From positions 2,976 through 66,975 of the forward strand of contig JAZLLQ010000042.1 in NCBI GenBank assembly GCA_045598245.1: DNA of 64,000 bases, in the 5' to 3' direction. Shown piece by piece: positions 1-8,020 of this stretch (the stretch's first letter is position 1; each line of letters starts with the position of its first letter). Source of the stretch: Candidatus Gastranaerophilales bacterium. Lineage in GTDB: Bacteria; Cyanobacteriota; Vampirovibrionia; Gastranaerophilales; JAILCC01. Made by a program: the position numbers and the translations under genes. The notes under the pieces are model-generated. The model was given only the letters and a program-made list of their open reading frames with translations, was not told where the DNA came from and did no database searches.

Positions 1-4
1 TGGT

Positions 5-451
5 GTGAAATTCGTGATTAAGAAAGGAATTAACATGAAAGTCAATAAAACAATTTTAGCTGATGGAAAAATCGAATATTCCATAAAAGAACATAAATCT
101 GAGATTTTCAGAGCGAAAATATCAAAGGACAATCTTAAAAATCAAATAAAGATTGTAAAAGATTTTATGCAAACTGAGCACGCAAAATTCAAAAATTATA
201 CGGAAAAAGAAGTTTTATTAGCATTTTCAAAAATTGCAATTGAAATCGCAGAATGTTATAAGAAGAAATTTCCAAAAGGCGGTTATCGCAAAAACTCCGG
301 ACGCAAAAAAGGTTCATTAAGCAACGGTATAAAATCAGCGAGAACCGCTCGTTTTACAAGAGCAATAACAGAAGAGGAAAAGATTTTTCTCGAAAATCAA
401 CTTGAAAAATTTAGAGCAAAAAATGATTTTTCTCAAAACGTTCAAAATTGA
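5..451 (+). CDS. hypothetical small basic protein, possible ribbon-helix-helix-like tail
   Basis: ORF track 148 aa (GTG at 5; an internal ATG at 35 gives MKVNKT...). The basic stretch GGYRKNSGRKKGS is followed by ARFTRAITEEEKIFLENQL, which resembles RHH/MobC-type tails. No family recognised with certainty. The ORF ends 13 nt from the 3' end of tRNA-Val. Confidence 0.4.
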   Translation: MKFVIKKGINMKVNKTILADGKIEYSIKEHKSEIFRAKISKDNLKNQIKIVKDFMQTEHAKFKNYTEKEVLLAFSKIAIEIAECYKKKFPKGGYRKNSGRKKGSLSNGIKSARTARFTRAITEEEKIFLENQLEKFRAKNDFSQNVQN

Positions 452-464
452 TTTTAAGACGACT

Positions 465-537
465 TGGGCGATACAGGGCTCGAACCTGTGACCCCCTGAA
501 TGTCATTCAGATGCGCTACCAACTGCGCTAATCGCCC
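465..537 (-). tRNA. tRNA-Val (anticodon GAC)
   Basis: The reverse complement reads GGGCGAT-TA-GCGC-AGTTGGTA-GCGC-A-TCTGA-ATGACAT-TCAGG-GGGTC-ACAGG-TTCGAGC-CCTGT-ATCGCCC-A. This folds as a full cloverleaf: 7-bp acceptor, D arm, anticodon loop with U33 and GAC at 34-36, and a TTCGAGC T loop. CCA is not encoded. Confidence 0.9.
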
Positions 538-723
538 ACAAATCTTTATTTAATTGTCAAATCTTTTTAACCGCGCAGTTGGTTTAATCTAAATACCTCC
601 GCTGCTGCTCCGGTTTGGCGCTAATGCCCACAAATCTTTATTTAATTGTCAAATCTTTTTAACTGCGCAGTTGGTTTAATCTAAATACCTCCGCTGCTGC
701 TCCGGTTTGGTGCTAATCGCCCA
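525..723. repeat. tandem direct repeat, about 93 bp x 2.15, starting inside the tRNA-Val 5' end
   Basis: Unit 1 is 525-617, unit 2 is 618-709 (one 1-nt deletion and one C/T change), and a partial unit 3 is 710-723. Each unit begins with a copy of tRNA positions 1-13 (gcgctaatcgccc on the + strand). Each also contains gcgcagttgg, an inverted copy of the tRNA D-arm segment ccaactgcgc. Confidence 0.85.
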
Positions 724-802
724 TAACTCAACTATAACACAAATAAATATTTTGTAAAATTTTTTATAACATACGACCATATTTGACATAAACATAATTT
801 AA

Positions 803-898
803 CATAAAAGATATCACCTGACATAAATATCAGGTGATAGAAACTTTTCGAAAAAATCCTTACTATAGTAACGTTTCGAAAGCATTTATTGTATAATA
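803..898 (-). ncRNA. tracrRNA (type II-C)
   Basis: On the minus strand, 897->863 reads AUUAUACAAUAAAUGCUUUCGAAACGUUACUAUAG. This pairs with the minus-strand CRISPR repeat transcript as 24 bp perfect, a 4-nt internal loop, then 7 bp perfect. It is followed by UAAGG, a weak UUCG stem, and a perfect 10-bp hairpin (812-821/830-839) with a U-rich tail (UCUUUUAUG). Confidence 0.8.
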
Positions 899-902
899 AG
901 AA

Positions 903-930
903 ATTATATAAAATAAAATTTACTTGTCAA
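903..930 (-). promoter_or_regulatory. sigma70-type promoter for tracrRNA
   Basis: On the minus strand: TTGACA (930-925), a 16-nt spacer, then TATAAT (908-903). The predicted start is about 6-7 nt downstream, at the first base of the anti-repeat (about 897-898). Confidence 0.6.
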
Positions 931-964
931 CAACTGCTTTTAATATTTTCAAGGAGAATATAGC

Positions 965-3900
965 ATGGAAAAAATTTTAGGTTTAGATATAGGTATAGCA
1001 TCAGTCGGATATTCCGTTATTAATTATGATGATGAAAATTTTAACGGTGAAATTTTAAAAACAGGTGTAAGAGTTTTTGAAGCATGTGAAGTTGCTAAGA
1101 CAAAAGAATCATTGAATGTTGCACGCAGAAATTTTAGAGGAACAAGGAGAGTTTTATCAAGACGACAAAACAGATTAAAATCAATAAAACAATTGTTTAT
1201 TTCAAATAATTATTCAACCGAAGAACAAATAAATAATATGTTTTACGGAACATCAAACAGAATTGATGTTTGGGAATTAAGAAAATCGGCTTTAAACAGA
1301 CTTTTGACAATTGAAGAATTTTATAGAATACTTCATCAAATCGCTAAAAGACGAGGCTTTAAATCCATAAGAAAATCTGAAGAAGCAAAGAGAGAAGGTT
1401 CTTTGTTAAAAGGTTTAAAAGAAAACAAATTAAATTTTGAAAACAGTAGTTATCAGACAATTGGTGAAATGTTTGCAACAATTTATACCGGTGATGATGC
1501 AAAAAGAAACAAAAGAGATGACTATAAAAACTCTATCCCGAGGGAATTATTACTGGAAGAAATTGAAATAATATTTAAAAAACAACGTGAATTTGGTGCC
1601 GAATTTGCAAGCGAAGATTTTGAAAATGAATATAAAAGAATAGCGTTTTATCAAAGAGCTTTGCAATCAATGGAAAATATGGTCGGATATTGTCAATTTG
1701 AAAAAGATAAAAAAAGAGCGCCAAAAGCAGCATATACATCAGAAATTTTCGTAGCAGCACAAAAATTAGTCAACACAAAATTATTATCAACAAGCGGTGA
1801 TGAATTAAATTTATCGGGCGAACAAATTAATGAAATTATTGAGCTTGCACATTCAAATTCAAAAGTAACTTATAAACAAGCAAGAAAATTACTTGAACTT
1901 GATGAGGATATCCGTTTTAAAACTCTGCAATACGGTAAAATTCAAAAAGATAAAAAAACAGGTGAAGAAAAAGTTATTAATCCTGAAGATGCTACTTTAA
2001 TTGAACTTAAAAAATATCAGGAATTTAAAAAAGCAATAATTAAAAATACAAATGAAGCATATTTTGAAACAATAAAATATGATAAAGATTTATTCAATAA
2101 TATTGCAAGAATTTTAACTTACGAAAAGTCTGATGAAGCAATCAGAGAACAAATGAAAAACGAAGGAATTTGCGAAAATATTATTAACAGTGTGATTGAT
2201 ATTTCAGCAAGTAAAGTTATGCACTTATCAATTGAAGCTATGGAAAAAATTATTCCTTATATGTTACAAGGTTTAAAATACAATGATGCTTGTGAGCAAG
2301 CAGGGTATAATTTTAAAAATGACAAAAAGTCGAAAGGTTTAGAATTTTTACCTGTATTACAAGAACAAACGACAAATCCTGTTGTAAACAGAAGTATTTC
2401 TCAAACAAGAAAAGTAATAAATGCTTTAATCAGAGAATATGGGAAATTTGATAAAATCATTATTGAAACCGCAAGAGATTTAGGCAAATCTGTTGAGGAA
2501 AGAAATAAAATCATTTCAGGTCAAAAAGATTTCCAAAACGAAAAAGAATTAGCCAAGGCAAGATGTATTGAAAATGGTATAAATCCTGAGTCAAAAAATA
2601 ATTTGTTAAGATTTAGACTTTGGGAAGAACAAGGCGGATATTGTCCGTACTCTAAAAAACCTATTGATATTAAAAGATTATCTGAACCTAATTATACGGA
2701 TATTGATCATATTATCCCTTATTCAAGATGTTTTGATGACAGTTTAAATAATAAAGTTCTTTGTCTTTCTGATGAAAACAGGCAAAAAGGTAATAAAATT
2801 CCTTACGAATATTTATCAGGGAAATATAATTGGGATGAATATTCTGTTTGGATTAGAGCATTAAAATTACGTTCAGCAAAACAAAACAGACTTTTAAGAA
2901 AAACTTATGCAGCTGATGAAGAAGGTTTTTCAAGTCGTAATTTGAATGATACTCGTTATATTACAACTTTTATCAAAGATTATTTAAAGGAAAATCTTTC
3001 AAGTAAAGTTCAAACAAGAAACGGTTCATTAACTGCATACCTGAGAAATCAATGGGGAATAAATAAAAACCGTGAAGAAAATGACCGCCACCACGCAATT
3101 GATGCAACTGTTCTTGCTTGTTCAACACAAGGTATGGTTCAATATTTATCAACAATTTCAGCAAAAAGAGAAAACTATGATTTTATAAACGGCTCAAAAC
3201 CTAAATTTAAAAAGCCGTGGGAAACTTTTAGCGAAGATTTGAAAAAATCAATTTCTGAAATTTTTGTATCTCGTGCCACGAGAAATAAAATCCCCGGCGG
3301 AATGCACAAAGCAACTATTTATAGTCCAAAACATCTTGATGAAGGTTTTAAAACATTAAAAATATCAATACAGGATATAACTTTAGAAAAACTTGAAACA
3401 ATGTTTGATAAAGAAAGAAATATCGCAATTTATAATGTTTTAAAAGAAAGATTAATTGAATTTAATAATAACCCGCAAAAAGCATTTACAAAGCCTGTTT
3501 ATATGCCGTTATCAGAAGTAAAACAACAGGCAGGAATAAAACCGCATGAAATAAAAACAGTAAAATTAAAAATTTCAGGAACATCAGGGCTGAAAGTTCA
3601 TAACGGTTTTGCAGAGAATGATTCTATGCCGAGAACCGATGTATTTTCCAAGAAAAACAAAAAAGGTAAAGAAGAATTTTATCTCGTTCCTATTTATGTT
3701 TCGGATTTTGCAAAAGGAGTTTTGCCTAACAAAGCAATTTCTACAGGAAAAGATGAAATCATTATTGATGATACGTTTGCTTTTAAGTTTTCTATGTTTC
3801 CTAACACTTTAATTTGTGCCAATAAAACAACAAATCCAAAAGAAGAACAATGGGGATATTTTAGAGGTACGGATATTGATTCTGCAAGGATAACATTAAT

Positions 3901-4057
3901 TGATGTTGATAATTCTCAAAATAGAAATAGAGTAGCAGTGAAGAGTTTGGAAACATTTAAAAAATACCAAGTCGATATTTTAGGTAATTATCATGAAGTT
4001 AAAAGTGAATCACGTCAACCGATAAAACTTAAAAATACAAATAAGAAAGCTAAATAA
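965..4057 (+). CDS. cas9: Cas9, compact type II-C-like (1030 aa)
   Basis: RuvC-I is LGLDIGIASVGYSV. The arginine-rich bridge helix is RRNFRGTRRVLSRRQNRLKSIKQL. RuvC-II is IIIETARD. HNH is DIDHIIPYSRCFDDSLNNKVLCLSDENRQKGNKIPYE. RuvC-III is DRHHAIDATVLA. RBS AAGGAG at 951-956. cas1 and cas2 follow, with no csn2 or cas4. Confidence 0.97.
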   Translation: MEKILGLDIGIASVGYSVINYDDENFNGEILKTGVRVFEACEVAKTKESLNVARRNFRGTRRVLSRRQNRLKSIKQLFISNNYSTEEQINNMFYGTSNRIDVWELRKSALNRLLTIEEFYRILHQIAKRRGFKSIRKSEEAKREGSLLKGLKENKLNFENSSYQTIGEMFATIYTGDDAKRNKRDDYKNSIPRELLLEEIEIIFKKQREFGAEFASEDFENEYKRIAFYQRALQSMENMVGYCQFEKDKKRAPKAAYTSEIFVAAQKLVNTKLLSTSGDELNLSGEQINEIIELAHSNSKVTYKQARKLLELDEDIRFKTLQYGKIQKDKKTGEEKVINPEDATLIELKKYQEFKKAIIKNTNEAYFETIKYDKDLFNNIARILTYEKSDEAIREQMKNEGICENIINSVIDISASKVMHLSIEAMEKIIPYMLQGLKYNDACEQAGYNFKNDKKSKGLEFLPVLQEQTTNPVVNRSISQTRKVINALIREYGKFDKIIIETARDLGKSVEERNKIISGQKDFQNEKELAKARCIENGINPESKNNLLRFRLWEEQGGYCPYSKKPIDIKRLSEPNYTDIDHIIPYSRCFDDSLNNKVLCLSDENRQKGNKIPYEYLSGKYNWDEYSVWIRALKLRSAKQNRLLRKTYAADEEGFSSRNLNDTRYITTFIKDYLKENLSSKVQTRNGSLTAYLRNQWGINKNREENDRHHAIDATVLACSTQGMVQYLSTISAKRENYDFINGSKPKFKKPWETFSEDLKKSISEIFVSRATRNKIPGGMHKATIYSPKHLDEGFKTLKISIQDITLEKLETMFDKERNIAIYNVLKERLIEFNNNPQKAFTKPVYMPLSEVKQQAGIKPHEIKTVKLKISGTSGLKVHNGFAENDSMPRTDVFSKKNKKGKEEFYLVPIYVSDFAKGVLPNKAISTGKDEIIIDDTFAFKFSMFPNTLICANKTTNPKEEQWGYFRGTDIDSARITLIDVDNSQNRNRVAVKSLETFKKYQVDILGNYHEVKSESRQPIKLKNTNKKAK

Positions 4058-4944
4058 TGAGTTGGAAAACAATATTATTTTCTAATCCCTGTAAACTTCA
4101 CATAAAGAATTATCAACTTGTTTATCAAAATGATAATTCTTGTGAAGAAATTTCGATTCCTATGGAAGATATAGGAACAATAATTTTGGAAAATTCTCAA
4201 ATTACAATAACAAATTATATGTTATCAATGTGTGCGGATTATGAAATTACCGTTTTAACCTGCGATAACAAACATAAGCCTAACGGGATTTTGACTCCGT
4301 TTTATCAACACAGCAGAAATACAAAAGTTGCTTTTGCACATATAAACATGAAAGAGCCGTTAAAAAAACAAATTTGGCAAAAAATTATTAAACAAAAAAT
4401 AAAAAATCAATCTGTTGTTTTAAAAATATTATTTGAAAATGATTATTTAGACTTATTTATAAACAAAGTCCAATCAGGTGATACAACTAATATTGAAAGT
4501 TACACCTCGAAACTTTATTGGCAAATACTTTTTGATAATTTTAAACGTCATTCGGCAGATAAAATAAACGCTTGTCTTGATTACGGGTATGCAATTATCA
4601 GAAGTACAATTTCTAAATATATTGCCTCAAGCGGTTTAATTCCGTGCTTGGGTGTTCATCACTGTAATGAATTAAATGCTTTTAATTTAACAGAAGATTT
4701 AATAGAATCGTTCAGACCATTTGTTGATTTAATGGTAAGCAGTATGGATATTGTTAATGATACGGAATTAAACAAAAACGATAAAGCATATCTTTTATCA
4801 ATATTAACAAAACAATGTCAATTTAAAGGTGAACAAATAACGGTTCAAAATGCTTGCGAAAATATTTGCAAAACTTTTGTTAAAACAATTTCAGAAAAAA
4901 ATATAAATTTATTAGAGTTACCTGAATTTATAGAGGAAAAATGA
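4057..4944 (+). CDS. cas1: Cas1 integrase (type II)
   Basis: 295 aa. The start overlaps the cas9 stop (TAATG). The sequence and size are typical of type II Cas1, and it sits between cas9 and cas2. Confidence 0.93.
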   Translation: MSWKTILFSNPCKLHIKNYQLVYQNDNSCEEISIPMEDIGTIILENSQITITNYMLSMCADYEITVLTCDNKHKPNGILTPFYQHSRNTKVAFAHINMKEPLKKQIWQKIIKQKIKNQSVVLKILFENDYLDLFINKVQSGDTTNIESYTSKLYWQILFDNFKRHSADKINACLDYGYAIIRSTISKYIASSGLIPCLGVHHCNELNAFNLTEDLIESFRPFVDLMVSSMDIVNDTELNKNDKAYLLSILTKQCQFKGEQITVQNACENICKTFVKTISEKNINLLELPEFIEEK

Positions 4945-5273
4945 GTATAAAAGGTGATGATATTTTTATGCGTTTATTTGTGTTTTTTGACCTTCCTGTT
5001 GCAACAAAAAAAGACAGAAAATTTGCGACTCGTTTTAGAAAAGACTTGTTAAATGAAGGATTTACCATGTTACAGTTTTCTGTTTATTGCAGAATTTGCA
5101 GAGGACATGATATTGTCGAACGAGAAATCCGAAGGATAAAAGCAGTTTTACCACCAAAAGGTAATGTTAGAATTTTGCAAGTAACTGACAAGCAATATGG
5201 CAATATGCAATTTTTAGTAGGCATGCCTAAAAAAGAAGAAATTATTGCTTCCGAACAGTTACTTTTATTCTGA
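4941..5273 (+). CDS. cas2: Cas2
   Basis: 110 aa with a 4-nt ATGA overlap with cas1. An N-terminal beta strand with the conserved Asp (LFVFFDLP), typical of Cas2, lies directly upstream of the array. The true start may be the internal M10 (MRLFVFFD). Confidence 0.9.
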   Translation: MSIKGDDIFMRLFVFFDLPVATKKDRKFATRFRKDLLNEGFTMLQFSVYCRICRGHDIVEREIRRIKAVLPPKGNVRILQVTDKQYGNMQFLVGMPKKEEIIASEQLLLF

Positions 5274-5291
5274 TTTTTTTAAAATAAAAAG

Positions 5292-5329
5292 ACCAAACCT
5301 CTTATGCTTACTTGGTTTTGAGGTTTGGT
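5292..5329 (-). terminator. hairpin between cas2 and the array; acts as a Rho-independent terminator on the minus strand
   Basis: A 10-bp perfect stem, accaaacctc (5292-5301) / gaggtttggt (5320-5329). On the minus strand it is followed by cuuuuuauuuu. There is no T tract on the plus side. Confidence 0.55.
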
Positions 5330-6750
5330 ATTATACAATAAATGCTTTCGAAAGGAAACTATAGCTGTCCAAGCTGTACCATGTTTTTTTACATCATTAT
5401 ACAATAAATGCTTTCGAAAGGAAACTATAGCAGATATTACGGATGAAAAGGAAGTTGATTTATTATACAATAAATGCTTTCGAAAGGAAACTATAGCTAT
5501 GATTTTTGAAATATCAAACTGCATGGCATTATACAATAAATGCTTTCGAAAGGAAACTATAGCACCGTTGTAAAATAATCTCTCAATTCACTTATTATAC
5601 AATAAATGCTTTCGAAAGGAAACTATAGCAGGTCAAAGGTTAAGTTCATTTGATACTCGATTATACAATAAATGCTTTCGAAAGGAAACTATAGCTTAAT
5701 GCCGACTTCAAAGGTAAACATCGCAATTATACAATAAATGCTTTCGAAAGGAAACTATAGCTAAGATGTTTTTCTTCTTTTTTTACAGGTTATTATACAA
5801 TAAATGCTTTCGAAAGGAAACTATAGCTCTTTTAAAGTTTTAATTTCGCTTTGCAAAATTATACAATAAATGCTTTCGAATGGAAACTATAGCGGGGTGG
5901 TACTTGCGAACAAATGAGAGAGGATTATACAATAAATGCTTTCGAAAGGATACTATAGCTCAGTTAAGTCATCAATCCTTTTTATATCAATTATACAATA
6001 AATGCTTTCGAAAGGAAACTATAGCCGGAAACAATTTTATTGCCATTCTGTGAAGATTATACAATAAATGCTTTCGAAAGGAAACTATAGCTTCAGTACC
6101 AACGATGTCATATCCGATAAATTATACAATAAATGCTTTCGAAAGGAAACTATAGCCAATGTTCAAAAACATTGTTGGGAAAAAAGATTATACAATAAAT
6201 GCTTTCGAAAGGAAACTATAGCTCATCCCAATTATCTTTTTGTGCTGCATCAATTATACAATAAATGCTTTCGAAAGGAAACTATAGCCTTATGATGGCA
6301 ATTATCAAAGAGCTATTGATTATACAATAAATACTTCCGAAAGGAAACTATAGCTGGAAGTGCAAGTCTTGCAACTCCTCAGATATTATACAATAAATAC
6401 TTCCGAAAGGAAACTATAGCTTACTCTGCAATTCAAGCACCCGAAAGTTCATTATACAATAAATGCTTTCGAAAGGAAACTATAGCGCGTTTATTCATTT
6501 CCCAAATAACGCCGTGATTATACAATAAATGCTTTCGAAAGGAAACTATAGCGGCAAATTGTCTTTGACTTCTTTGTCCATAATTATACAATAAATGCTT
6601 TTGAAAGGAAACTATAGCATGTTTATGGAACTTCCCGAACCTGCAAAGATTATACAATAAATGCTTTCGAAAGGAAACTATAGTATTATAGACCAAGCAC
6701 CCGATTCTATTTTTATTATACAATAAATACTTTCGAAGTGTGCCAAAATT
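5330..6750 (-). CRISPR. CRISPR array, 22 repeats x 36 nt, 21 spacers (20 of 30 nt, one of 29 nt)
   Basis: The + strand repeat is attatacaataaatgctttcgaaaggaaactatagc, with starts at 5330, 5396, 5462 ... 6649. Variant repeats start at 5858, 5924, 6319, 6385, 6583 and 6649. The terminal repeat at 6715 is degenerate (attatacaataaatactttcgaagtgtgcc...). The minus strand is inferred as the transcribed strand from tracrRNA complementarity, the TATAAT at each repeat end, and the terminator at 5292-5329. Confidence 0.95.
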
Positions 6751-6804
6751 CCGTCATATCAAGTAAGAAGATATTTCGCTCATATTAAATTAACACATTA
6801 AAGT

Positions 6805-7056
6805 CTAAAATCTATCACAAATTAATGTTTTACCCGTGGTTTTTCGTATAAATTTTGCGATAAAGGCTTTGATAGGATTAACTTTTATATCGTGTAATTT
6901 TTTTACTAATACTGCTTTTTCAATTAATAATCTGTTAAAAGCAATATTGGCTTCGTCAGATACCAATTTTTCTGCCGTAAATTGTTTTAGTCTGTGTTTT
7001 GTCAGACGAATAGATTTTTCTAATTGTTCTTGAGTTTCGTTCATTTTTATAACCAT
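6805..7056 (-). CDS. hypothetical small helical protein
   Basis: 83-aa ORF (or 79 aa from MNETQEQ at 7044) with coiled-coil-like composition. It lies directly upstream of the array on the minus strand, co-directional with inferred crRNA transcription. No recognisable family. Confidence 0.4.
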   Translation of the reverse strand: MVIKMNETQEQLEKSIRLTKHRLKQFTAEKLVSDEANIAFNRLLIEKAVLVKKLHDIKVNPIKAFIAKFIRKTTGKTLICDRF

Positions 7057-7215
7057 AAGATTTTGACTGATGTAATGGAGTAACCTGTTATTACCAATAT
7101 AAAACGGTTATGTTTTTTTTACTTCCACCAAAAAGTTTATTTTAATAAAAATAAGACAATTTTTTACATAATAAAAACTTTATTAATATAAGGGTGGTAA
7201 ATTAAGGAGTATAGC

Positions 7216-7587
7216 ATGGTTTACGGTATTTACGGACAAAAAGCACAAGGTTCAAGCACTATTTCGCAGACTCAACCAAGTATAATTAATAATTATTACT
7301 GTATAAAACCTCAAGAGCCTGACAGCTACAAAGGCAAAACTCTTAAAAGAGTTTTAACATTTGCAGGTATAGCATCAGCCTTGTTATTCCATAAAAATAT
7401 TGCAAACTGTATCCAAAAATATGCCCCCGGCTTCTATGAGTGGTGTGGTAATCACATCGGTAAATATGCAAGGAACATTATCACAAGAAACCCTGAGAAT
7501 TTCTTGGTTAAAAATGCAGTTTTATCAAAAACAAAACTCGCTCAATGGGGCGATGCTACTATAAAATTTTTCAAATCAGCTGTATAA
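7216..7587 (+). CDS. hypothetical protein with one hydrophobic segment
   Basis: 123-aa ORF preceded by AAGGAG (7203-7208). One hydrophobic helix, VLTFAGIASALLF. No family recognised. Confidence 0.45.
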   Translation: MVYGIYGQKAQGSSTISQTQPSIINNYYCIKPQEPDSYKGKTLKRVLTFAGIASALLFHKNIANCIQKYAPGFYEWCGNHIGKYARNIITRNPENFLVKNAVLSKTKLAQWGDATIKFFKSAV

Positions 7588-7618
7588 AGCAGGAATCAGT
7601 AGCGATAAGATGGGCAAA

Positions 7619-7894
7619 CTATGCATAGTAATCTATTTTGACTTTATCTGCCCTGGTTGAATTTGAAATAACATTAAATATTATGCTTTGAGCATCTGCT
7701 GCTGAAATATACTTCGGATGGATACCACAATAACATTGTGGTCTTGTCGTTTTTGCTCCTTTTTTTGTATAATCTAATACCCAAACATCATTGTTTGTTG
7801 CTTTTCCTAATACATGCCCGTATTGTTCACCTGGTTTTTCCCACGATATTGACTTAAAAGAACCAGGGATAATTTTATCAACTGCCATATACAA
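7619..7894 (-). CDS. hypothetical protein
   Basis: 91-aa ORF with no recognisable motifs. GGAGA lies upstream on the minus strand (acaggagatatattgtatATG). Confidence 0.4.
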   Translation of the reverse strand: MYMAVDKIIPGSFKSISWEKPGEQYGHVLGKATNNDVWVLDYTKKGAKTTRPQCYCGIHPKYISAADAQSIIFNVISNSTRADKVKIDYYA

Positions 7895-8020
7895 TATATC
7901 TCCTGTTTGCTGATATAACTATTAAATTAGAAGAAAAAATAAATTGCTATTATTAGGCAGATTTACTATTATAATTAATTTTTATTGTGGTAAAATGTTT
8001 CTCGTAAAGGCAGGTACGGG

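Noticed and set aside
5279-6723. Four track ORFs inside the CRISPR array (5279-5536 -, 5325-5573 +, 6068-6295 +, 6433-6723 -)
   Set aside because: Their translations are just the repeat read over and over (LYNKCFRKETIA / AIVSFRKHLLYN) joined by spacer-encoded linkers. They are artefacts of repeat periodicity.
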